A stretch of 64,000 nt of DNA from the human T2T-CHM13v2.0 reference genome, Homo sapiens. Numbering within the stretch: position 1 is the stretch's first letter; every line of letters starts with the position of its first letter. Made by a program: the position numbers and the translations under genes. Below the pieces are notes generated by a model, which searched no databases, was not told the DNA's origin, and saw only the letters and a program-made list of their open reading frames with translations. The DNA is taken from assembly GCF_009914755.1 (NCBI RefSeq), contig NC_060925.1; one strand, 5' to 3'. Shown here piece by piece: positions 30,821 to 46,930 of the stretch.

Positions 30821-31310
30821 AGAGGCAGTATTATGTAATGGTGAAGACAGAGACTGCAGCCAGACTCCCCGTGTCTGAATCTCAGCTCTGCCACTTATTA
30901 GCAGTATAATCCTAAGTTACTAAATCTTCCTATCCCTCTGTTTTCTCACTTATAAAATGGGATGATACTAAAACTATATATCTCATAGGATTATTGCAAT
31001 GATTAAATAAGTTAACATACACTGAGCACTTAAAATGTCATTGCTACAAACTCCAAATAAGTATTTGTTATTGTTGTACATAAGGGGTAAGAACATTGAC
31101 TCTAATGTCAGACATCCCCAGTTTGAATCCAGCCTTCACCAGCAGCTGAATGACCTTGGAGAAGCTACTTAAAATCACGGCACTTTAGTTTCTTCATCTG
31201 AAAATGGGGATAATAACAAATACGAGCACTAACTAAAATAATAGAGACAAAACTCATAGAAGAGTGCCCAACATACAGTAAGTGGTGAGTGAATATTAGC
31301 AATGGGTATT
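30821..31310 (+). mobile_element. Two MIR elements
   Basis: GAATCTCAGCTCTGCCACTTA...TAAAATGGG and TGACCTTGG...TTCTTCATCTGAAAATGGGGATAATAA cores. Confidence 0.75.
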
Positions 31311-31759
31311 ATTTTCACATTAGAGAGACTAAATTATATATATGTCTCCTAAATATCAAACACAGTGTGAAATGATAAGTATGCTGTCCAATGAAAAATA
31401 TTATTTCCTGTTTCACTAGCTTGGAGAATAACTTAAGGTCACATATTTTTAGTAGTAATATGACTCCAAATATCTATCCTGCTTATTATAAGAATGTCTT
31501 TCCTTTTTTAGGTCCCCATATCATGGTAAGTCCAGGAACCAGGGGTTGCTACTCAATTTCAAGGCATTGATTCTGATTATTCTTTTTTGCCACTGAAAGA
31601 CCATTGCTACTTCTATAGTAGCTCCTCAGAGTAGTGGGTCAGACAGGTTCTGGTGCCAGCCCTCCTTTTCCAATTTGTTCAAACCACTGAGTCTTCTCAT
31701 CTCTCTAAAGCACAGCTAGGACAGACTCCATGATCCATGCAAGGAAGAAAATCGAGTCC

Positions 31760-34110
<2,351 letters not shown>

Positions 34111-34576
34111 ATTACAACAAATGAATGATATGAACTAGGAGAGAGTTCTGATAAATGAAAAAGCCATTTTAGTGCATAGAATTATGGGGGAAATGTTTTA
34201 AAATCTTGCTTTAATTTGGTTGTTACAATAAACACAATTTGGGTGGGAAGAAAAAGTAATTAACATTTGCTCAAATACAGACATAAACTAGAGATGGAGG
34301 CTGTTAAGTTCTGTGCCAGGACCATAATAATTTCAGCTGGAATTTTTTTTTAAAGCTGGTGTTATAACATTCCACCACAGCCCAAAAAAGAATCTTACTC
34401 AAAGAGCTGTGAACTTCTAATTTTGAACAATATAACTTCCAGGTACACCCTCCAAAAAAATCTGTTGCAATATATACCAACATAGTGGAATGAGGTAATA
34501 AACTATTTAATATAAGGCAATTAAATTCTGGGGGAAACTACCAATAATAATAGTTTTGGTTTTAAAAGAATTACTT

Positions 34577-34867
34577 GGTCGGGCGCGGTGGCTCACGCCT
34601 GTAGTCCCAGCACTTTGGGAAGCTGAAGGGGGCGGATCACGAGGTCAGGTGTTTAAGATCAGCCTGGCCAAGATGGTGAAACCCCGACTCTACTAAAAAC
34701 TACAAAAATTAGCTGGGCATGGTGGCAGGTGCCCAGCTATTCAGGAGGCTGAGGCAGGAGAACTGCTTGAACCTGGGCAGCAGAGATTGCAGTGAGCCAA
34801 GATCGCGCCACTGCACTCCAGCCTGGGCGACACAGTGAGACTCCATCTCAAAAAAAAAAAAAAAAAA
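34577..34867 (+). mobile_element. AluSg-like
   Basis: Near full-length with A tail. Confidence 0.88.
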
Positions 34868-35249
34868 TTACCCTTTCTTTCTAAGAGTAATCAGTTGATC
34901 CTGTCAGGGTCAACAACTTATTAAGGAAATTCTGAGTTCCCATGACAAAAACATGTTATCTACATATAAAAGATTATTTATCTCTATTCTTTATAGTGGG
35001 ATACAGTTCGCATTTGGTTAGTGGAATAATAAGATTTTTGAGATTTGAAGTTCTCTCTTTTCTTCATGGGAAAATTTTGGGTAGGGGTGAGGTTGGTCTT
35101 TGCTACTCATTTTTGGAAATACTTCCTTTTTTATTGTACTTGTATATTGTTATAAATAAAATTCTGGTTTAAATATTATGAATTATGGATGTGTCCTTTT
35201 GTCTCTCTTTTAAAACTAGTATCATGATATAAAGATAGTTTGCATTGGA

Positions 35250-36320
<1,071 letters not shown>

Positions 36321-37572
36321 AGTAAATCTTTTTTCAAAACAAAGGAGTTTTGGCAATTCTGTTAAAAAAAAAAAGAATTGGGTGCATGGGGCTAGGTGGG
36401 AAGGAAGGGTTTTACCTCATACAAGAGGAATCCTGTCTTTACCTGAGCTCGCCACAAAAGATACCTTATCTTGTTTTGCTTGGATTTGTACCAAGGACCT
36501 AGGCAGGATCTATAAACCTAACACAAAGCATCATGTGTAGTCATTGTAACTTTGAAGAGGGATATTGTCATTCTCTTCCAGTATCACATTAATTTTTACC
36601 TAATTTTAAATTCTTATTTGATAACCTAAAAACCCTGGAAATGTGAGAACGCTCTTCCCTTATCCTCTTTCCTATCATGACGTTGACATAACAGAAAAGG
36701 AAACAGCATTGGTCAGGGAGCCAGAAAGAGCAGGTTCCTGGCCTGACTTTCCTCCTACTTGTCTACAGAGGTTACTTAATCTCTTTGAGCCTTAATTTCT
36801 TCAGCTCTGCATAGGTGATAACATTCTTTGCTTCAGTGTAATTTTGAAAAGTGTAACATAGAATGTAAATATAGGCTAACATTGTCAATCATTATTAATA
36901 ATTATTATGTTTAGGTTGCATTTCTAAATATAAAAAGATAAAGCATATAGTATAGTGATGCTTAGGCTTGGGAAGAATACAAGGAAATGAGGTCAGAAAG
37001 AATAAGGACTGGAAAAATAAACGCATTGGTAATTATAAAAATATAAAAAATGACAAAGTTGCAATGGAAAGGTCAATGCAAACTTTTAAATTATTTTTCT
37101 AATTATATCACACATTCTAAATCCTGCTGTAGTAGACATCCGTTGTTTTTTCTGCCTTATAACCTGCCCTCTTCTGGTAACAGCAAGCTTTCCTTTCAAT
37201 TGCTTTTCCCACATTCCATGGTTTTCTGTTGGGCTGCCAAACACCACACACATGGTATTCTATTTACCTAGCTTTGGGGGTATGCCAGGTGACCAAAGCC
37301 AAGCCAATCAGCATCCTTCCTTGAAATTATTTATATAGATTATGAAGGGAGAAATCTCTTTTCTCTGGAGTTTCACATTTTTTTTTCTTTAATTGGAGCT
37401 CTCTTGCCTATACAATAAACAATAAACAATTACATTTCCTCATCCTGCCTTTGTTGCTGCATAGAGACACTGATGATTGGGCACTAAGATCATCTTTTGA
37501 GGGACCTGAATAAAGTTTTCCCCATCCGTTCACATTTTTCTTCTAAGTACCATGTCCGGTAGATAATGAAAC

Positions 37573-38260
37573 TCCCCTCCCCCTCCCCCTCCCCCCTCCA
37601 TCCCTCCTTTTTCTCTCTCTCTGTCTTTCAGATAATAGAATTCCTCTCTCTTTCTTTCTTTCTTTTTTTTTTGAGACAGGTTCTCACTCTGTCGCCCAGG
37701 CTGGATGGAGTACAGTGGCGCAATCTCGCTCATTGCAACCTCTGCCTCCTGGGTTCAGGCAATTCTCCTGCCTCAGCCTCCCGAGTAGCTGGGATTACAG
37801 GCATGGACACAACGCCGGGATGATTTTTTTCCTTTGAGACAGAGTCTTGCTCTGTCGCCCAGGCTAGAGTGCAGTGGCGCGATCTTGGCTCACTGCAACC
37901 TCCGCCTCCCTGGTTCAAGGATTCTCCTGCCTCAGCTGCCCAAGTAGCTGGGATTACAGGCACGCGCCACCACGCCTAGCTAATTTTTTAATTTTTTTAG
38001 TAGAGTTGGGGTTTCACCATGTTGGCTAGGCTGGTCTAGAACTCTTTACTTCAAGTAATCCACCCGCCTCGGCCTTCCAAAGTGCTGGGATTACAGGCGT
38101 GAGCCAACGACCCCAGCCGGCCCGGCTAATTTTTGTAATTTTAGTAGTGTCAGGGTTTCACCATATTGGTTAGGCTGGTCTCGAACTCCTGGCCTCAAGT
38201 AATCCCCTGCCTCGGCTTCCCAAAGTGCTGGAATTACAGGCGTGAGCCACCGCGCCCGGC
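37573..38260 (-). mobile_element. Nested Alus (right arm 37650-37820, full Alu 37825-38121, left arm 38122-38260) with C/T-rich tail
   Basis: One Alu inserted into the linker of another, with a polypyrimidine tract at 37573-37672. Confidence 0.85.
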
Positions 38261-39650
38261 TGATAATGAAATGTCTAAGCACTTAAGAACGTGCATTCAA
38301 AAGACTCTGGAGTTTTTTGAAAAACAGGGTAACCTGCAGTAAAAGAAATTCTTACACACTTTCACTTTTTTTCTTTAAATACTGTCTAGTAGACTGTGGC
38401 ATCTCTAGGTGGCTAAAATAATTTGTCGATAACATCAAACATCTGGTTAGTGTTCAAATTTCTCAAATTGTCTTAAAAATTTTGTTTTAACCGTTGATTT
38501 GTTTGAATCAAGATCCAAATAACGGAGCAAAATTTTTATCATCAAGCCCACTGGCTGGTTACACTTTACCTCTTTTCAAAATAGATGTTTGTCACTGTGA
38601 CACATTTCCATAAGCAAGAGAATTGAGAGATTAATTCAAGGTCTCTTTATGTGCTTTACAAATATCAGATAAGCTCTGGTAATTAAGTTACGGAAAATTC
38701 GCATAAGTAATATCTTGATGTTAGTCTTGGACATTAGGACTCAAAAGGCAGCAATGACAAACCCATTTATGTTGATTTCACAGCCTTTGGGGGTCTCCTT
38801 GTCTTTATTTTGATTGTTGGAAATAGAGACCCACGCTTTGGCCACTATATAACAAAGTACTAAAAATGTATAATAACGCAAATTCACTAATATGTTTATT
38901 AAAATATAAACAAGTTTATTACAAATCTGTAGCTTTATTCACAACTAACATCCTTATTTTTGTCCTATATGACCACGTTTGTCCTCAAGTACAACGAAGG
39001 ACTGAGAGAGCATATAATCCCCTCTAGGTGTAAATGAACGTATTTATTTCGCTTCAACTCATGTATGAAAGGATTAAAAAATTATTAGTCCCCACAACTT
39101 AATTCTCCCAAAGAGAAGGTGCCAAGAATGAGGCACCTTTAGCCATGCATAATCTCCACCCATCTCATCAAATAAACGGAACAGTGATGAACATAACTTG
39201 CTAAGTAAGCTCAGCCGTGTAACAAGACCCTAGATTCCCCTCCCTTCTTCATCCTACCAGAACATTATCCTTAAGGTTTTCCTAATCAGCAGTCTGCGTC
39301 TAACTAACCCTAACTATCCAGAGTCACCTAACATATACTTATTTCCTTGTTTCAGATTCCCATTACGCCTATCTTAATGGGACAACTGGGTCCGAAACTA
39401 TGCATGTGTTTTTTTGTTTTGTTTTTGCGGTGTACTTATTATCCGCACTTTATCATTAAGTTCCTGAAAAGCTAGAACAAAACAAATCCGTGTCATTCAC
39501 TATGCGCATCCTCTCTGCTTGGGGACGCCAAGGGTTTCAAGCTGCTGCCTCCCTGCCCTGGTCTCTGCTTGCCGTATCCAGCACTGGGTAAGCGCCCAGG
39601 TTCTGCTCCGGGACTAAAACTCATGATCTTCTGGCTCAGGTTCTGTGAAC

Positions 39651-39822
39651 TGAGTCATTCTGGCACTGAGAATATTCCGTGACTCAGCAGGCCCGAAAAG
39701 GAGGATGTCAGAATCCACATAATTTCGAGTCTTTTAAAGGCAAGCCGAGGAACACAAACAACACAGTGGAAGAATTTCGCAGTGGGTCGTGCGTACCCAA
39801 GGGAAAAATTCATTCCATTCCC
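39651..39822. promoter_or_regulatory. Distal promoter motif cluster: AP-1, ARE/MARE, TEAD-like
   Basis: TGAGTCA at 39651-39657, GTGACTCAGCA at 39679-39689 and tandem CATTCC from 39811. Confidence 0.5.
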
Positions 39823-40321
39823 AGCCTTTTCACTTCCTTCCTTGCCCCGGTAAAACGACTGGTTACACTTTAAATCAGCGGCAGGAAATCGCTTCACGAA
39901 ACTCATCTGGCTGCTGCGACCAGGCCCTTCTGATTCTCCAGGGACCGTGTCGGCCCCATGAACGCCCCGGGACCTCTGTTCGGGAGGGGCTGGAGCGGGG
40001 CCCCGGGCAGCAGCGGGCGCTCCCGGTTCGGACCCACACCTGGCCGGGCGGGGACCCTCTTGCCGCAGCCCAAATTGGCGCGAGGCCCCAGGGACGACCC
40101 CGAGCGACCTCCTGACCCGGCATCGCCCCTCTAAGGCGCCCTCCCCCGACTCCTCCCGCAATCCGGAGTCTCCCAGGCCGCGGAGCCCAAGGACCCCAGC
40201 GACCCCCGCGCGGGGAGCGGGTCTGCGAGGCCGCCCTTCCCTCCCGGCATGCACCACCCAGCCGCCCTCCCCTCCCCTCCTCTCCTCTCCCCTCCCCTCC
40301 CCCAACCCCCTCCCCCGGCTC

Positions 40322-40337
40322 CCCGCCCACCTCGCGC
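40322..40337 (+). promoter_or_regulatory. bcn-1 element (KLF/Sp-binding laminin gamma-1 promoter motif)
   Basis: CCCGCCCACCTCGCGC matches the bcn-1 element as I recall it from laminin gamma-1 promoters. Confidence 0.75.
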
Positions 40338-40574
40338 GCCCCTCCCCCCGGGTCGCGCGCCGCGGGCCCGAGCGCGAGACGCCGCTGCTCCCGCCCCCGC
40401 CGCCTCCTGGAGTCGCCGGGGCGGACGCGCAGTCCATGGGGCGCGGTGGGCCGGGGAGTTGCCCCAGGGGCCGCGGGAGTTGCTGAGAGGAGACAGGGTT
40501 GGGCTTTCTCCTCGCCCAGACCCCACCCCACCCTGCCGACCCCACCCCCTGCTCCTTCCTCCCCGGGGGCGCGC

Positions 40575-40869
40575 ACTCGGGCACGCGCTCGGAAGTCGGG
40601 GGTCGGCGCGGAGTGCAGGCTGCTCCCGGGGTAGGTGAGGGAAGCGCGGAGGCGGCGCGCGGGGGCAGTGGTCGGCGAGCAGCGCGGTCCTCGCTAGGGG
40701 CGCCCACCCGTCAGTCTCTCCGGCGCGAGCCGCCGCCACCGCCCGCGCCGGGGTCAGGCCCCTGGGCCCCCAGGCTCAAGCAGCGAAGCGGCCTCCGGGG
40801 GACGCCGCTAGGCGAGAGGAACGCGCCGGTGCCCTTGCCTTCGCCGTGACCCAGCGTGCGGGCGGCGGG
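40575..40869 (+). other. LAMC1: LAMC1 5' UTR (start approximate)
   Basis: GC-rich leader with no ATG before 40870. The start position is inferred from a recalled ~0.3 kb UTR length and cannot be seen in the sequence. Confidence 0.6.
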
Positions 40870-41287
40870 ATGAGAGGGAGCCATCGGGCCGCGCCGGCCC
40901 TGCGGCCCCGGGGGCGGCTCTGGCCCGTGCTGGCCGTGCTGGCGGCGGCCGCCGCGGCGGGCTGTGCCCAGGCAGCCATGGACGAGTGCACGGACGAGGG
41001 CGGGCGGCCGCAGCGCTGCATGCCCGAGTTCGTCAACGCCGCTTTCAACGTGACTGTGGTGGCCACCAACACGTGTGGGACTCCGCCCGAGGAATACTGT
41101 GTGCAGACCGGGGTGACCGGGGTCACCAAGTCCTGTCACCTGTGCGACGCCGGGCAGCCCCACCTGCAGCACGGGGCAGCCTTCCTGACCGACTACAACA
41201 ACCAGGCCGACACCACCTGGTGGCAAAGCCAGACCATGCTGGCCGGGGTGCAGTACCCCAGCTCCATCAACCTCACGCTGCACCTGG
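40870..41287 (+). CDS. LAMC1: Laminin subunit gamma-1, coding part of exon 1 (418 nt, phase-1 intron follows)
   Basis: Translation [81 protein letters not shown]...SINLTLHL is recognisable as the laminin gamma-1 signal peptide plus the Cys-rich laminin N-terminal domain. It ends at the donor TGG|GTAAGC (GT at 41288-41289). Confidence 0.98.
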
Positions 41288-44200
41288 GTAAGCGGTGACA
41301 GCCCCGTCCCCTGCTACTGCTCGCCAGCAGCCCAGCTCCCGGACCGGCTCCGTCCCAGTGGCCGGCCTCACGGGCGCAGACGGCCGCGTGTTTGCTCTGT
41401 GTTCCCCGGCATGGGCCACACAGAAACTCCTTTCTCCAACTTCTTAAATAGATACCGCTTTTAACATCCCGTGAGGGCCAGGATGAGTCTCTCTGCTTTC
41501 CTGTTCTTTCTGACTTAACGGGATTCTGGCTCTCTGATTATTCTGCATTTCGGCTGTTAGGATTGTGATTTCCCCCTTTTTTTTCTGAAGCGTTAATCAG
41601 AAACTCCCATCCCCACTTTTCTCTTTGCTAGCAAGGTCATCACAGCGCATTCTTGGATCGGAAACAAGAAGGTCCGCCTTAAACACTTTCGCCTTTAAAA
41701 TGTTTAGATGTCCTTCCAGGGCTGAGGGTGATTGCTCTGTTGAGTTAAGGGGGAATTTGGGGGGAGCAAATGCCTTCGCTGCCTATATTGCCTATGTGTA
41801 ATTAAAACATAAATTCACTTTTGAAGTTATTGTTCTTTATAGCTGCTCAGCCTTAATTAAGAACCACAAAGCGATTTGACTGCTAATCCTGGTGCAGAAT
41901 GAACAAAAGGAAGTGCACTCACTGTAATTGCTGGGCATAGCCTTGTCCCTGGGTAAAAAGGCTCTCCTCTTCTGTCTTCCCTTTTGCTTTCATTCAAAGC
42001 AACTGTAGAAACACGTGTAAGTGATGTTTCAGAAATCAGGAAAGGGATGTGTAGAAAACTTCATGGCAGGGCAGTGGATTGAGGATGGACATGTGTATCT
42101 GGAAGCACCAAAAATAATGTTCGATCTAGCTAAGGTTTTCTTCATCATTGAGATATGTAAATAGGCAGAAAGTTTCATTATTGTGTTTAACAGAGGAATC
42201 TATGTGTGAGAAACACGTTTGACTTAACACTTCACTCCCCATTGCCTTGGAAGGCTTGATTATTACCAGTAGCTGGTACTAATGAACTTCAGAGAGAACA
42301 GACTGCCCCAAGCCATTCTTCTGTCAAGGGAGGGTAATTTTGTGAGGCTAATATCACTTAGGGGTGTTGGAAAGGAACATGTTGTAGGCAAATGGTTCTT
42401 TTGATCATGATTTTGCTGCTCTCCGGTACACTAAACTTTATGTAAGTATCAGGATTCCAGAGAAAGAATTGGACTTACAAAAAGTACTTTGAAAAGTGGG
42501 ATTAAATTATTGTGTGTGGAATAAGTGTTAGAAAAGCAGAATTATTTAACATCTTATTTGCAGTTGAGTCATTAAACAAATGAAACATTTTGAAAATAAT
42601 TTCATAAAATGATACTATGAGGTATCTGTTTTTCAGGGATTGAAGAAGTAAAGTGCACTGAGTTCAGTTTTTTAAAGGTGCCTTTCTGAAGACATAGCTA
42701 GTGACCGAGGATTTCCTAAGATCTGTGAGATTGCTCTTTATTTTCTCCTGTTATATTTTTTAAGTTGGCCAAAATTATTTTTGAAATGTGTATCTAAGTA
42801 TTTCTGTTTAACTTTTGACTTGTTAAAGTTTCTGTGTTCAAGTTTGAATACTCTTGAAGTCTTATTTTTTTCATTTTCAGATTTTAAAATTTTCAAAGAA
42901 AAGGCGTTGCCTGATGTCTGAAATCTCAGATGCCTGAAATTCAATTGACAATTACTGAACAACAGTCTCTTATTTACATAAAGGTGGGGTTGTCAATCTT
43001 GGCTCTCAGAATTTTCTCTTGTAGGCACTGTGTAGCTAAAGGTTATTTAAGGTGATTTCAGAGGTAGATAGATTACTCAGTGATTACTACCCTGTTGCAA
43101 AGATAATGCGGTAGAGTAACCCAGTATCAGTTACGTTAGATTGCTCCCACTGGGAGGCAGATATGTTAACTTTGGGTCATGGTTGATTAAAAGGTCAAAA
43201 GAGATCTTAGAGTTTACCTCTAACATCACTTTTTACTATAAAATGTTTTATGCTTGGACTTGGTTTTGCTGAAATTTTCCTCAACTTTTGGTAATATTCT
43301 TGCTAAATGAAATTCATAAAACTATGAGTTTAAAACTTGTAAGTTAAAAGTTAAAGTATTTTCTTACAAGCATTGTGATTAACTGTAAAAATATGTACTT
43401 TAAACCTCTAGTTTAAACTAACTTGACTAGGATACTTGACTTGTTCTTGGATCAGAAATGACATCCTGGAAGAAATCATGCATAGTGGAGGAGGTGGGAA
43501 GGGGGAAAGGTTTGTGTGTAGTGAGGTTGAGGTTTCTCTTTCTGTCCTCCCCCCCCCTTTAATGACAAGGTTATATGTATACATGTATGTTTCGATCAAC
43601 AATTTATGACAAGTGGGCAAGGTGTCATGTGTCACTGTGTGTTTTGATGTTTAGCATATTCACTCCCCAACTCCAGTTACTCCATGGGCTGTAGCTAACT
43701 AATTATTTCCCATGAATTAAAGTACCGTGACTGTTTTGTGCATCTATTAAATCTCCCTCCCAGTTCAAATTTCACATACCCTTAAACAAGTGATGCATAT
43801 TGTGCTTTGCTATTACAGAGCATGTGAAGCTAGAAATGAGTAGTGTGAAAGAACTAGGTCTAGCCACCACTTTTCTAGCCTTTCTTTTGATGTTGAACTT
43901 TAAGTACAGTAAACTTTAAAATAAGCAGTCAAATCATACATAAGAAATGTAAGTAGTTATGTAAGTGTTTTGGCACTGACTTTTTTAAATTATGAAAATG
44001 AAACATGACATTGTAAATTCAAACAGTAAGTGTAATGACAAGTGAGTTTCTTTATCACTAGCTGCTAAGCTCCATGCCCTAGAGACCACCCTTCACAATT
44101 TCTTACATTAATATGACCCTCTAGAAATTTTTCATGCATACACATGTGTATATAAAATTATAGGATCATTTTAACTGATACTTTTTGGGAGGCTGAGGCG

Positions 44201-45999
44201 TATTTTAACAGATGGCAAATACAAATCTGATTATTGTGCCCGTATCATTACTTGCTGTACAAAAGCCAGGAAAATCAGTGTTGATTCTGAAAACAGCCCT
44301 CTCTTAAGCACCATACACAGTCATCCAGGGTGCAGGGTGCAGTGCATCCTCGGATAAAAAGAGTTAAAGTTGCTATGGGAACCAGAATTGCACTTTCTGC
44401 TTGTTGTGGGGAGAAATCTCCACCAGCCACTCTTTTCTAAGAAGAAGTCTTTTTTGTTTCACCTTCAACTTCTGGATGGATTATTCAGTTGCTGTTAAAA
44501 AGTTTGGGTTTTATGTCTTATAAGTTATAGTAAGTTTTTATCAGTACCAGTGGGGTAGTAGTTGATACTAAGATTGTAGCTAAGGATTTGCCTTTTATCA
44601 AACAGCCCCATTAATTAATTTGATAATCATTGTGGATGGAAACTTGGCAGACAGGATCCTAATCTTGAGAAAGGTAGCTTTTCCTCTTTCTAAAAACAAT
44701 TAGATTAAGGAAAAGAGTGCTTATAAAACCAACCCAATCAAAGTTTATGAAACTCCTAAAATTAACACTGAAACCAGATTAGTTTCCAAGCTCCTCATAA
44801 ACTGTAGGAACCAATAGTGATTAAATGAAGCTTTTGAATCTGCATCTGCATATCTTTTTTGTGTGTTTAAGTTAGAATAATTGATATATAAGGCTATTGC
44901 CTTTTATTCTCTTTGGTCCTCTGCTGAGTGTGTATGTATTTAACATGGAACAAATGGCAATTTTTCCCCCCAGGAAAACCTTTGCAAGGTGGGTTCTGAC
45001 TATGTCAGGGAATAGCTCACTGTGGTGACTTCACTGTGGTATTTGTGCACCCTGAGGGGACACTATTTTAGTTTGTCTCACAAAGGCCTGATTTACATTT
45101 TGCAGGTTTCAACTTGAGAAGTTAAGGAGCTCTTCCTTAATGGCCAGCAGTTGTTGAACACAGTTTTATAAAGTTGCTGTTGGCTGCTTTCCTGTTCTAC
45201 AGTTCACTGCTTTTTCTCCAAATTCCTTCTCCATTCTAAGGGCATTCAAAAAAGAATTTACACATTAGGGGAGAAGTTGGAGCTATAAGGCATTCCCCCC
45301 CCCCCCCACCTCTTCCATTTGTCATTTGTCACATTTGTGGGAGGAATCAAGTTTTGACTATTTCAGTTCTAAATAATTTTAGAAAATTGGGTGTGCCTTT
45401 TGCTATGCACTCCTTCCTCCTGTGCATACATTCTCATGTTATTGCCGGATATTCTGCAAACATTTTAAAAAATACTCTTGAAATACATACCACTGTACCT
45501 GATAGAAAGATGTAGAAGATTGAGGGTCCTATCTTCAGAAGATTATACTTTGTTAGGAATTTACACACTCATAATGGCATTACAATAATAAATCAAGGGT
45601 GTCTATATAATATTTTACAGTTTATAAGGCCTCCAGTTTATCACTGATGAGATTTCTCACAACGCAAGGAAGGCAAAGATGCCTAAGGTTGTGATTTGCC
45701 TAAAGTCATGTGGGAGATAGGTCTTTGACTACCTAGTTGATTGCATTCGTTCTTGCAGCTTGCAGCTTCCCTAACGAGTCTCTCGAAAGAAAGTCTACTT
45801 TATTCTAAGCCACTTTTAAAATTTCATGTATACCCTGGTTCAGAGATACCAGACTCCTTTGGTTTTCCTTGTTTTTTCTTCTGCATACTTCTTTTTATTT
45901 ATGTTCCTAGATTCCTCTCTTTTCATGCTGTTCACGCTTCGTGGATGAACTCGTGTTTGTCTCAAGGCTTTATTTGCAATTTCATTTGTAAATTTGTAA

Positions 46000-46930
46000 A
46001 TTCTAAAGTTGTATTTCTAGTCAGCTCTTTTTCCAGATCTAAAAACTTGTTGGTTATGGTCAATTTGGGATGTCCAGAGACCATATTCAAAACTAAATTC
46101 ACTCCTTGTTGTCTCACCCAACTCAAAGCTCTTTTGGTATTCCCTATCTCAGTGAACTACACTGCTGTCTAACACTGAGTTTCTCAACCGATGTTGCCCA
46201 CGTCTCTCCTGAAAGAACCATGCTTGACAGGCTTCATGAGTAAAGACTACTCTGGTGAACAGATAGGATCCACTGCTGTGTGGTCGGTCGGTTCTGGGTA
46301 GCTATAACTTCACCCGTTTCTTTCCCACCAATCGTTACTATAATCTGTCCAAGACTCTACTCTTACCTTCTATATCCAGACACTATGTGTCTTGAATGCT
46401 TATCTTTCTCTCCGTCCTCTTTGTCTCTGCCTTACTGTAAGTTCCTTACTGTAAGTTCCCATTGCATTTCACCTGGATTGTTGCCACAGCCTCCTAATAA
46501 ACTGGTGGGCTTTCTGCCTCCAGTTTTGCCCTTTATATTTGGGCAGCCATCCTTTGGACTGAGTGATGATTCTAAAATGCAAATCTGATCATACAATTTT
46601 GCAGCTAAAAATTCTGCAGTGGTTCCTCAAGGTTTTATGATAAAGTCCAAACTCCTTGGCGTGGTGTACAGGGTACTTAGGATCTGGACCTTTTTGTTGC
46701 TTCACGTGTTCACAGGGCTGTTCTTTGGTTTGGAACACTTCTCCCAGGTGTTAGGACTCCTTCCCCAGTTTCTCTCTCTCTCCCCTTTCTGCCCCACTCC
46801 CTGGCTTGGATTAAGTCTCCCACTGACGCCACCCTGTAGGTATTTATCACAGTCCCTATCACATAGGATTATCTGTTTCTTTACTTGTCTGTTTCTACCT
46901 TTAAACCATGAAGTTTTTGAAGGACGAGTC
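46000..46930 (+). mobile_element. L2 fragment
   Basis: CTAAAATGCAAATCTGATCAT and ATAAAGTCCAAACTCCTT motifs. Confidence 0.65.

Larger units (their letters stand above)
39870..41410. promoter_or_regulatory. CpG island / TATA-less LAMC1 promoter
   Basis: Sharp rise in GC content and CpG density across the promoter and exon 1, with multiple GC boxes (CCCGCCC, GGGGCGG) and no TATA box. Confidence 0.93.

Noticed and set aside
40454-40483. Twice-repeated GGGAGTTGC as NF-kB sites
   Set aside because: It mismatches GGGRNNYYCC and cannot be supported from sequence alone.
39655-41283. Long overlapping ORFs (350, 233, 202 and 190 aa) around the promoter
   Set aside because: These reflect stop-codon scarcity in a CpG island, are low-complexity G/P/R/A translations, and overlap the LAMC1 promoter and exon 1.
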